Shown here piece after piece: positions 18,549 to 26,385 of a stretch of 64,000 bases of DNA (position 1 is its first letter; each line of letters begins with the position of its first letter). The notes below the pieces were generated by a model, which was given only the letters and a program-made list of their open reading frames with translations, was not told the DNA's origin and made no database searches. A program made the position numbers and the translations under genes. This DNA comes from Eubacteriales bacterium (lineage in GTDB: Bacteria; Bacillota; Clostridia; Lachnospirales; WRAX01), in the NCBI GenBank assembly GCA_031550435.1, contig JAVBOO010000012.1, forward strand, positions 831 through 64,830, read 5' to 3'.

Positions 18549-18570
18549 ACCAAATAAAAAGGGAAATAAT

Positions 18571-20112
18571 ATGAAAAAAACAGCAAAAACTGCGGCAATT
18601 GCGCTGCCCTACTTCATAATCGTGCTCGCATCGGCTTTTATTGCGCTCAGAAGCGCATTTGCGCCTCAGGTTGCCAGCCCGTTCCCCGTATACGACCAGG
18701 CAGCTTTTTCATATACGGGCTGGGTCATGACAAAAGGGCTTGTTCCGTATCTTAACGCTTGGGATAACAAAGGTCCCCTGCTCTACTTTATAGACTTCAT
18801 CGGGCTTATTCTTAACAAAAATCACGGCATTTTTTTTATACAGTGGCTGTCCGTCTCTGTTTGCGGAGCATTCCTGTATAAAACCGCGAAACTCTTTGCC
18901 GGTAAAACAGCGGCTCTTGTCGCGTCACTGTACTGCATTATACTCATGACGGGAGTTTACGCTCTCGGAAATTCCGTTGAGGAGTACGCGCTTCCTTTTA
19001 CGGCGATTGCGCTCTTTTTGCTGACGAAATATGTTTTTAACGACTATAGGCTAAAAACACCCGATGTTGTCATCGTCGGAGCCTGCGCGGCCGCATGCGC
19101 TCTTATGCGCATTAATCTTGTTACCCCGATTTTTGCTTACTGCGCCGTTATATTCGCTCACAGCCTGGTTGTAAAAAAATATGCTTATGCCGGAAAATAC
19201 CTGCTGCTTTTCGCTCTCGGCTTTGTTTTGTTTTCCGTTCCGTTTGTTGTTTATCTTGCGGCAAACGGCGCTTTGTCAGCCTGTATCTCCGCCGCCTATA
19301 CCATGATATTGAACACAAACGCTCTCGGAAACTGGGAAAAGCTCGCAAACGCGCACAAAATGTTTGAATGCATGTCCGGTTCTCACGGCGATCTGCTCTA
19401 CTTCTGGTTTTTGGGCTGCGGGACTGCGTTCTTGGTCTTTGGCGGCAAGCGGCACGTCAAATACAAACTGTATACCGGCTGCGTCATGTTCGCTCTCTTA
19501 GCGAATCTCCCCGCCAACCTGATAACCGGCTACGGCTTTGCGCATTACTTTTTGACTTTTCCGACGCTGCTGCTCTTCCCCGCTGTTTGCTGCGCCGAAT
19601 TCTTTTTTAGGCTGATAAGCTATGCCGCAAAAAGAATGAATCTTGATATAATAGGTAAAAACTCGGCAGAATTCGCCGCGGTCTGCTCTCTGCTTTTTGC
19701 GGCGCTTATTCTGGTAAAAACAGACATTTCAGGCAATATAAATTACATTTTGGATTCGCGGACTCAAAACGAAGTGCATAAACAGCTTGAAGAACTCGTA
19801 ATAAACAATACCGTTGATGGCGACAAAATACAGCTCTACAACAATCTCGAATATGCCGGCATATATATGAAAACGAACCGGCTTGCGGCTTCCGAATACT
19901 TTTATACTCCGTTTTGGGATTCTTTCGACGATAGTTTCAGAGATGAAATTGCTTTGAAAGTAAACGAAGACATCATATCCGAAAAACCCAAGCTTATGCT
20001 CGTGTGGTATCAGGACCGGCGATTTGACGAAGGTTTGGCGGATTTTGCGGCAAAAAACTATGAAATACTTGATTTCCCTGTAAAAGGTTTTACAGTATAT
20101 AAGCTAAAATAG
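18571..20112 (+). CDS. polytopic membrane glycosyltransferase (GT-C fold, ArnT/PMT/YfhO-like)
   Basis: About 513 aa from the ATG at 18571 (MKKTAKTAA), with many TM helices and a soluble C-terminal domain. The longer 18535 start lies inside repeat fragment B4. Confidence 0.6.
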   Translation: MKKTAKTAAIALPYFIIVLASAFIALRSAFAPQVASPFPVYDQAAFSYTGWVMTKGLVPYLNAWDNKGPLLYFIDFIGLILNKNHGIFFIQWLSVSVCGAFLYKTAKLFAGKTAALVASLYCIILMTGVYALGNSVEEYALPFTAIALFLLTKYVFNDYRLKTPDVVIVGACAAACALMRINLVTPIFAYCAVIFAHSLVVKKYAYAGKYLLLFALGFVLFSVPFVVYLAANGALSACISAAYTMILNTNALGNWEKLANAHKMFECMSGSHGDLLYFWFLGCGTAFLVFGGKRHVKYKLYTGCVMFALLANLPANLITGYGFAHYFLTFPTLLLFPAVCCAEFFFRLISYAAKRMNLDIIGKNSAEFAAVCSLLFAALILVKTDISGNINYILDSRTQNEVHKQLEELVINNTVDGDKIQLYNNLEYAGIYMKTNRLAASEYFYTPFWDSFDDSFRDEIALKVNEDIISEKPKLMLVWYQDRRFDEGLADFAAKNYEILDFPVKGFTVYKLK

Positions 20113-20258
20113 CTGTGAATGAAATCTCTCTGTTTTAGAAATGAAACCGTATTGTTATTTGCCTATGATATAATTCTTTTACAAATAATCAGAAGTTCAA
20201 ATCGTTGGCAACAAATTCTCCGGTAAAGAATAGGAAAACGGAATAATCAGGGAGTTCG

Positions 20259-20299
20259 CAAGAGCCGCTCGAGTAATCGAGCGGCTCTTGAACATTTTT
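20259..20299 (+). terminator. strong hairpin between the convergent GT-C gene and rnr (probable terminator)
   Basis: CAAGAGCCGCTCGA-GTAA-TCGAGCGGCTCTTG (20259-20290) followed by AACATTTTT. No clear T-run on the minus strand. Confidence 0.55.
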
Positions 20300-20304
20300 G
20301 GGTA

Positions 20305-22452
20305 TTAATCCTCAGCTGCAAGAACAAAATCCAATTTTCGATCGGCGACATTTGCCTTTGCGACCAGAATCTCGATACTGTCACCCAAACTGTAAGTTCT
20401 TTTCTTGTGTTTACCGATAAATCTGTAACCTGTTTCATCATATATATAATAATCGTCGTCAAGCTCGCTAACGGATAACAGACCCTCGACCGTATTCGGC
20501 AGCGTTATATAAAGCCCCCAGCGAGTAACGCCGGAAATAATGCCTTTAAATATCTGCCCAACCTTGTCCGCCATATATTCGACCTTTTTCAGATTATCAA
20601 CTTCTCGCTCTGTATGCTCCGCCGTCCTCTCCGTAATTGAGCAATGCCTGCTCACCTCGGGCAGCAGCTTGTTTAGCCTTGAAACTTCGTGCTCGCTGAG
20701 TTTTCCGTGTATATTCTCTTTTATTATCCTGTGTATCTGCAAATCGGGGTAACGGCGTATAGGCGAAGTAAAATGGCAGTAGTACTTTGCCGCCAAACCA
20801 AAATGTCCCTTGCAGTCCACAGTATAAACCGCCTGTTTCATACTCCTTAATATCAGCGCGGACAGTATTTCTTTTTCCGGCCGCTCTTCCGAGCGCTTGA
20901 GTATGTCTTGCAATGTTTTCGGGTGAAGTATTGAGCCTTTTATACGATAGCCGAAGCCTGAAATTACATCTGAAAGCCTTTCCGACTTTTCGCTGTCCGG
21001 CTCGTCGTGAGTTCTGTATACAAACGGCAATTCCGCCCAGAAATACTCTTCGGCAACAGTTTCGTTGCATACAAGCATAAACTCTTCTATAAGATTCGTG
21101 GCGGAATTCCTCTCTCTAATTTCGATACCCGTCGGTTTTCCTTTTTTGTTTACTATTATTTTGCTTTCGCTCAGACCAAGCTCAATTGCCCCGCGTTTTT
21201 CACGCTTCCTGCCCAGTATCAGCCGCAGCTCGTTCATCATTTCTATCAGCGGCAGTATCTCCGCGTACTTTTCCCTATGCTCGGACTTTTCGTTCTCTAT
21301 CAAATCGTTGACTATCGTATATGTCATTCTGTACTTCGAGTTGATGACGCCTTCGACTATTCTGTGGCTTGTCACCTTACCGTCTTCGCTAATGTCCATT
21401 ATGCAGCTCAGCGTAAGCCTGTCCGTATATGGGTTAAGAGAACAAATGCCGTTTGAAAGCTTATGCGGGAGCATCGGTATTACTCTGTCAACAAGATACA
21501 CACTCGTTCCCCGCTCGAATGCCTCGTCGCCTATCGCTGTCCCCTCTTTAACATAATGCGTAACGTCGGCAATATGAACATGCAAACGATAGCCGCTGCC
21601 AATTTTCTCTATAAAGACCGCATCGTCAAAGTCTTTTGCGTCTTCACCGTCAATCGTGAACACGCAGCAGTCTCTGAAGTCCTCTCTCCCTGCAAAATCG
21701 GCTTCAGAGCATTCCGAAGGCATGCTCTCCGTTTCCTTCATTACCTTTTCCGAAAACTCGATATGAAGGTTGTTTTCCAGCACTATTGAAAGTACGTCAA
21801 CTCCGGGGTCGCCGATATGGCCGATTATTTCTGTTACAACACCCTCGGGGCTTCTGCCCTCGGAAACGGGACCGGCTATATTGACCGCTACCTTATGCCC
21901 CGTTACGGCGTTGCGGCTGTTTTCAGCCGAAACATATATCGTGTCTCCGATTTTTTTGTTGTCCGGTATGACAAATCCGCTGCCTTTTCGCCCTTCTTCG
22001 TATGTTCCTATTATGCGGCTTAAACCGCGTTCCAAAATGTTTACTACCTCGCCCTCCTGCCTCTTTCCGAAATCGGACTGACGCAGAAGTTTGACAAGCA
22101 CAGTGTCCTTATGCATAGCGCCGTTTGTAGCAGTCGGCGGTATAAATACGTCGTCTTCCATGCCTTCGATCGTAACAAATCCAAACCCCTTCGCGTTTCC
22201 CGTGAAGCTCCCCCTGTACAAATCAAGTTTCTTTGCCGACATGAGCTTGCCTTTTCTTGTCTTAACTATATATCCTTGCGAAACAAGCTGTGCGCACAGA
22301 TCGGAAAATACACCGTAATCACTTGGCGGCACTTCCATTATCGCCGCAATATCCTCTTCTTTCATGGGTATATAATCTTTGTCGCTGACAAAGTTGATTA
22401 TCTTCTCTTTGCGCTCGCTTAGAGCGTCTTTTAACTCTTTATCTTCTGCCAT
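20305..22452 (-). CDS. rnr: ribonuclease R
   Basis: 715 aa. N-terminal HTH/cold-shock domains, RNB catalytic core (DFDDAV, HVHIADV, HFGL..YCHFTSPIRRYPD), C-terminal S1 domain. Confidence 0.9.
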   Translation of the reverse strand: MAEDKELKDALSERKEKIINFVSDKDYIPMKEEDIAAIMEVPPSDYGVFSDLCAQLVSQGYIVKTRKGKLMSAKKLDLYRGSFTGNAKGFGFVTIEGMEDDVFIPPTATNGAMHKDTVLVKLLRQSDFGKRQEGEVVNILERGLSRIIGTYEEGRKGSGFVIPDNKKIGDTIYVSAENSRNAVTGHKVAVNIAGPVSEGRSPEGVVTEIIGHIGDPGVDVLSIVLENNLHIEFSEKVMKETESMPSECSEADFAGREDFRDCCVFTIDGEDAKDFDDAVFIEKIGSGYRLHVHIADVTHYVKEGTAIGDEAFERGTSVYLVDRVIPMLPHKLSNGICSLNPYTDRLTLSCIMDISEDGKVTSHRIVEGVINSKYRMTYTIVNDLIENEKSEHREKYAEILPLIEMMNELRLILGRKREKRGAIELGLSESKIIVNKKGKPTGIEIRERNSATNLIEEFMLVCNETVAEEYFWAELPFVYRTHDEPDSEKSERLSDVISGFGYRIKGSILHPKTLQDILKRSEERPEKEILSALILRSMKQAVYTVDCKGHFGLAAKYYCHFTSPIRRYPDLQIHRIIKENIHGKLSEHEVSRLNKLLPEVSRHCSITERTAEHTEREVDNLKKVEYMADKVGQIFKGIISGVTRWGLYITLPNTVEGLLSVSELDDDYYIYDETGYRFIGKHKKRTYSLGDSIEILVAKANVADRKLDFVLAAED

Positions 22453-22503
22453 TATTACTCCCTTCGTTTGAGTTGTAAAACAATTATCATAATGATATTA
22501 TTA

Positions 22504-22612
22504 GGTTAACACTGATTAAATCACCTTGGACGTATACTCGGCTGATTAATTGAGGGAGAAAGCCAAATATAAAAGCTGTTTCCACTTCCTCCGTCCGAGA
22601 ATTCGATACATC
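22504..22612 (+). repeat. interspersed repeat family D, copy D7
   Basis: GGTTAACACTGATTAAATCACCTTGGACGTATACTCGGCTGATTAATTG...CACTTCCTCCGTCCGAGAATTCGATACATC parallels 39749-39820. Confidence 0.55.
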
Positions 22613-22654
22613 AAACCCATTGCAAAACCTATCCTTAACAAGTGAGTTGATAAC

Positions 22655-23122
22655 TTGAATAACACAGAAATCGAAAAAAAATACCTTGTTTCAAGTATTC
22701 CCTTTGATTTATCATTATATGACAGCAAAATCATTAGTCAAGCATACATTTCCGTTGACCCTGTCATCAGAATAAGACAACTCGGAAGCGAATACTTTCT
22801 GACAGTTAAGGGCTCCGGCAAATTGTCCAGAACCGAATATGAACTTGAGATAACAAAAAAACAATTCGACAATTTGACTTTAAAATCAGAAACCCGTTTT
22901 ATATCAAAAATACGCTATTATATACCCCAAAACAACGGGATAATTTTTGAGCTCGATGTCTACAAACACGATTTGGACGGACTTTTGACGATAGAGGTCG
23001 AGTTTGAAAGTATCGACGCTGCTAACGCATTTACAGCACCGAGCTGGTTCGGCCGAGATGTGACCGGCGACCCGTCCTATACAAACGCAAATCTTGCAAT
23101 AGCCGGAAATTCATGCAAATAG
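22655..23122 (+). CDS. CYTH domain protein (triphosphate tunnel metalloenzyme)
   Basis: 155 aa with the N-terminal EIEKKYLV signature (ExExK) and later EIEFE-type acidic strands. Confidence 0.75.
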   Translation: MNNTEIEKKYLVSSIPFDLSLYDSKIISQAYISVDPVIRIRQLGSEYFLTVKGSGKLSRTEYELEITKKQFDNLTLKSETRFISKIRYYIPQNNGIIFELDVYKHDLDGLLTIEVEFESIDAANAFTAPSWFGRDVTGDPSYTNANLAIAGNSCK

Positions 23123-23131
23123 ATGCATTTT

Positions 23132-23183
23132 TGTCGTATTTTGTCTTGTGCTGTCGTTTTGCTGTTTTTGTCGAATTGTCGTG
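23132..23183 (+). promoter_or_regulatory. cluster of five Spo0A-box-like TGTC(G)NN motifs upstream of spo0A
   Basis: TGTCGTA 23132, TGTCTTG 23142, TGTCGTT 23152 (exact 10-bp phasing), TGTCGAA 23169 (perfect 0A box), TGTCGTG 23177. Confidence 0.5.
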
Positions 23184-23213
23184 CGTTATGAAGGTTAGCG
23201 CTTCCGAAGCCTG

Positions 23214-23242
23214 TTGATTTCAGTCAATGGCTGCACTATAAT
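23214..23242 (+). promoter_or_regulatory. candidate sigma-A promoter of spo0A
   Basis: TTGATT (23214-23219), 17-nt spacer, TATAAT (23237-23242). Confidence 0.45.
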
Positions 23243-23394
23243 TTATACGCAAGCATATTGTGATACAAATGTGTATTACATGCGGAATAAAGAGGTTTAC
23301 GGTCGAACAAACGGCAAAATCAATACTTAATGTCACTGTAAAAACCGCTTTTTCTAACATGAAACCGAATATAGAGAAGTATGGAGTGGATGGT

Positions 23395-24189
23395 ATGCAG
23401 AATAAAATTAAAATACTCCTTGCCGATGATAACCGTGATTTTTGTGATGTTGTAAGCGCCTATCTGAGTAAGATGGACGATATCACGGTTATCGGAATCG
23501 CTTACGACGGAGAAGACACTTACGAAAAAATCGTTACACTAAAGCCCGACATCGTTGTGCTCGACGGAATCATGCCAAGACTTGACGGCCTCGGAGTTCT
23601 CGAAAAAATGAACAAAACGCTCCAGCCCGCAAACAGACCCATTGTTCTTATGCTTTCTGCGGTAACCCAGGAAAAGATTACTCAAAAAGCTATCGACCTC
23701 GGTGCGGAATACTACATGGTTAAGCCGTTTGACCTAGAAGTACTCGTTTCCAGAGTAAGACAGCTGAAAGAGGAAATTTCCGCAAAAAACAAACTCGGCG
23801 GTATAAACAGCAAGAGCGGAACAAACATCCCGATGCGAGGGCTGGAATCAAGAGTAACATCTATACTTCACGACATCGGCGTACCGGCCCATATAAGAGG
23901 CTACCACTACATGAGAGAAGCAATAATGCTTGCCGTAAAAGATTCCGATGTACTCAACTACATAACAAAAGAGCTCTACCCTACTATCGCAAAAAAATGC
24001 AATACGACACCTTCAAGAGTCGAAAGAGCTATACGCCACGCTATCGAAGTAGCTTGGAGCAGAGGCAAAATTGACGCGATTGACAGTCTGTTCGGCTATA
24101 CGGTCAGTACTAACAAAGGCAAGCCGACGAACAGCGAGTTCATCGCCTTGATAGCGGATAATCTTCGCATAGATTTGAAAGCTATGTGA
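23395..24189 (+). CDS. spo0A: sporulation transcription factor Spo0A
   Basis: REC domain ([17 protein letters not shown]) plus the Spo0A-specific C-terminal domain ([29 protein letters not shown]). ATG 23395 with a GGAG RBS is preferred over the 23260 ORF start. Confidence 0.9.
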   Translation: MQNKIKILLADDNRDFCDVVSAYLSKMDDITVIGIAYDGEDTYEKIVTLKPDIVVLDGIMPRLDGLGVLEKMNKTLQPANRPIVLMLSAVTQEKITQKAIDLGAEYYMVKPFDLEVLVSRVRQLKEEISAKNKLGGINSKSGTNIPMRGLESRVTSILHDIGVPAHIRGYHYMREAIMLAVKDSDVLNYITKELYPTIAKKCNTTPSRVERAIRHAIEVAWSRGKIDAIDSLFGYTVSTNKGKPTNSEFIALIADNLRIDLKAM

Positions 24190-24289
24190 ACAGAATAAAC
24201 GAAAAGTACCGTTTCATGAATATAAAAGCCGTTTTATTGTCAAAAATAGAATCATAGCCAATAACAGGTCCCCAACATACCTCTGCAAA

Positions 24290-24409
24290 GAAGTGTTGAA
24301 AATTGCGTACGAAGACTAAGAATTGGTCTGAGCGATCGGCGCTCTCCCTTGGAAAATGGTGCTTTTCCATTTCCAAGGGAAAGCCGCAAGGCAATTTTTC
24401 AACATGCCC
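24290..24409 (+). mobile_element. family B MITE-like element, copy B2 (full length, 120 bp) with 7-bp flanking duplication
   Basis: Same termini as B1. Inner hairpin at 24342-24383. CTGCAAA occurs immediately on both sides (24283-24289 and 24410-24416). Confidence 0.65.
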
Positions 24410-24413
24410 CTGC

Positions 24414-24460
24414 AAACGCTTATTGTTTGACTTTGGCAGATACCCGGCTGAGCAAATTGC
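24414..24460 (+). repeat. interspersed repeat family D, 5' module fragment D8
   Basis: AAACGCTTATTGTTTGACTTTGGCAGATACCCGGCTGAGCAAATTGC parallels GTAAACGCTGACTAATTGACTTTGGACGGATGCACGGCTGATTTAATCC at 39749. Confidence 0.5.
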
Positions 24461-24583
24461 TAGAGTGTAAATGGTACCATATGATGGGGAACCAACTATT
24501 CGACGGCAGCTGGAGCGGTAGATATTTCGTATATATATCTTGTAAGGAACGGAAAATGTAAAACAGACGAAGACAAGGGGTAC

Positions 24584-25123
24584 TTGGGATACGGTGATTC
24601 AGAGCTTCACAAAGACGGTCTGGCGCAATGCGAAGCTCTGAGCGCTTACTTTTCCGGCAAAAAAATCTCGGTTGTTATACACAGCGGCAGTAAGCAGGCC
24701 GCAAGAACAGCTGAAATTATTGCCGGAAATCGTATCCCCGTTGTCGCCGATACCGGTTTCGCGGAGCTGAACCCCGGTGATTGGAACGGCAAAAGTTTTG
24801 ACGAGATCAAAATCACCTTCCCCGAACAATATGAAACAATGATCAAAAACACGCCCTGTTTCAGCCCTCCTAACGGAGAGAGCCTTCGCTCTTGCTGCAA
24901 CCGCATGCTGGGCGCTTTTTTCTCTGCCGCAAACGCGGAGAAAACGCAAAACATGGTAATCGTTTCGCATTTTCATGCTCTGCGCTGTTTGGTTTCGGCC
25001 CTCTATTTCTCCGACATCGGCAGAATCTCGGCTATAAATCAGGATAACTGCTGTGTGAATGTCGTCGAAAAAATCGGATCGGAATTCATCGTGAAATCGA
25101 TAAACAAAATTGTATATTGTTGA
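24584..25123 (+). CDS. histidine phosphatase family protein (PGM/CobC-like); N-terminus and start unresolved
   Basis: 179 aa from TTG 24584, with a second active-site region IVSHFHALR. The conserved N-terminal strand (ISYIYLVRNG) lies in frame upstream of this start with no ATG/GTG/TTG available (see findings). Confidence 0.65.
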   Translation: MGYGDSELHKDGLAQCEALSAYFSGKKISVVIHSGSKQAARTAEIIAGNRIPVVADTGFAELNPGDWNGKSFDEIKITFPEQYETMIKNTPCFSPPNGESLRSCCNRMLGAFFSAANAEKTQNMVIVSHFHALRCLVSALYFSDIGRISAINQDNCCVNVVEKIGSEFIVKSINKIVYC

Positions 25124-25150
25124 GGCGCAAATAAACAATTATCTAAGTAA

Positions 25151-25284
25151 GTGCTGATTTAATCGAACGGTTGCGCCCGCAAGCATCCCGCTCCGCACAA
25201 AGGCCGTATAACGGCCGCTTAGGACGAGGATACACGGATTAAATCAGCCCAGTATCCGCCCAAAGTGATTTAATCAGTGTCTAC
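25151..25284 (-). repeat. interspersed repeat family D, copy D2 (compact full form)
   Basis: The reverse complement reads GGTAGACACTGATTAAATCACTTTGGGCGGATACTGGGCTGATTTAATCCGTG..GCGGCCGTTATACGGCCTTTGTGCGGAGCGGGATGCTTGCGGGCGCAACCGTTCGATTAAATCAGCAC. Confidence 0.65.
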
Positions 25285-25359
25285 CTAAACCTGTCGCCTC
25301 AATCCACTTAGGCCTGCAGCGCCGGGTATAAGTGGGTGATTAAACCGCATGGTTTAATC
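25285..25359 (+). repeat. interspersed repeat family A, copy A3 (lacks left hairpin arm)
   Basis: CTAAACCTGTCGCCTCAATCCACTTAGGCC..GGGTATAAGTGGGTGATTAAACCGCATGGTTTAATC. It abuts D2 directly. Confidence 0.65.
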
Positions 25360-25392
25360 TTGGGGATCATTTAGACAAACCGATTACAAATC

Positions 25393-25439
25393 AAAAAACA
25401 AGCATATATCGAATTTCTGCGATACATGCTTGTTTTTTG
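25393..25439 (-). terminator. bidirectional rho-independent terminator after the Hpt gene
   Basis: An A-run, stem AACAAGCAT (25398-25406) pairing with ATGCTTGTT (25425-25433), then a T-run. It lies 8 nt beyond the Hpt stop. Confidence 0.7.
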
Positions 25440-25446
25440 ATGGTGT

Positions 25447-25812
25447 TTATTGAAGCGCGGCCTTGAGCCTAGCGCTAAATTCCTCAGACCTTTCAATAAA
25501 CAGAGGCAGCTGCTCAACGATACTGCGAGCGTCTCCGTTTTTCGCGGCAAGCTCAAGCTCCTTTGCAATATCTCCTATAGGCATGATTCCGAGGTTGTAC
25601 ATCGCCCCTTTTATCGAATGTGCTTCAAACGACACAAGCTGTAAGTCCACAGCCTCAAAATCTATGCTTCTGAGATTCCCAAGACTCTTTTCGAGTAACG
25701 GTTCTATCTTTCCGAGCAATCTTAAATAAATCATTTCGTTTCCGGCGACAGTTTTGAGTCCCTGCTGCACGTCAATTTCCGGTATGTTTGTAAATCTCTC
25801 CGCAACACTCAT
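25447..25812 (-). CDS. stand-alone Hpt (histidine phosphotransfer) domain protein
   Basis: 121 aa, all-helical, with the phospho-accepting motif AHSIKGAMYNLG. RBS GAGGGA. Confidence 0.75.
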   Translation of the reverse strand: MSVAERFTNIPEIDVQQGLKTVAGNEMIYLRLLGKIEPLLEKSLGNLRSIDFEAVDLQLVSFEAHSIKGAMYNLGIMPIGDIAKELELAAKNGDARSIVEQLPLFIERSEEFSARLKAALQ

Positions 25813-26061
25813 TATGATTCCCTCTTAAGAAACAAAGTTGTAATTATCAGATAAACAAATTCTTCGTTGCACTTTGGAAAACACCGCAAATTATTACTGC
25901 ACCTATAATATTACGTTAATTTTGCCGTTGAGGATATTCTCTCACGTCAGCCACCTTTTACACAGTAATGATACCGGAAAAATGAACTATGTCAACATAT
26001 TGAAGCGATTAATTCCATAAATTGCAACTTTACTGGACAAAAAAAAGCGATAAGTATATAA

Positions 26062-26160
26062 TGTTACCGTGAAAGTTAAATAACGCAAATAATATTACCG
26101 CGGAAGTTAAATGCCGTATAAAATACTTACGCGGTTACTTGGGTCTTGCAGACGCGCTTA
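26062..26160 (+). repeat. interspersed repeat family C, copy C3 (5' hairpin module, tandemly duplicated)
   Basis: TTACCGTGAAAGTTAAATAACGCAAATAAT followed by ATTACCGCGGAAGTTAAATGCCGTATAAAATACTTACGCGGTTACTTGGGTCTTGCAGACGCG. Confidence 0.6.
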
Positions 26161-26330
26161 CCTGCTTTCGGCAGGTATGTTTTCGAGTTCGCGCACGTTT
26201 TGGCGCGGGCAGGCATACGAGCCGCTGCATGGCAAACAACCGATTTTATCGCCGCTGTTTGCTCTTAGAGTTTATCAATAATCCCTTTGCTGAACCCGAA
26301 AGGTTCACGGGGGTTACATCGCCAAAATAG

Positions 26331-26359
26331 TTGTCAATTAAATTGGCGAATAGTAATAC
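26331..26359 (+). promoter_or_regulatory. candidate sigma-A promoter of tnaA
   Basis: TTGTCA (26331-26336), 17-nt spacer, TAATAC (26354-26359). This leaves only a short leader before the RBS GGAGG. Confidence 0.4.
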
Positions 26360-26385
26360 TGAAATAAAAAAATACGGAGGTAAAC

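Noticed and set aside
23243-23394. Possible sigma-H promoter for spo0A (CGAATA at about 23366).
   Set aside because: A -10-like GAAT is present, but I could not find a matching -35 (AGGAWWW) at the right distance. The support is insufficient to call it.
25813-26385. Search for a TnaC-like leader peptide or attenuator upstream of tnaA.
   Set aside because: There is no short Trp-containing ORF with an RBS and no terminator/antiterminator pair. The region is mainly a family C copy plus a candidate promoter close to the gene.
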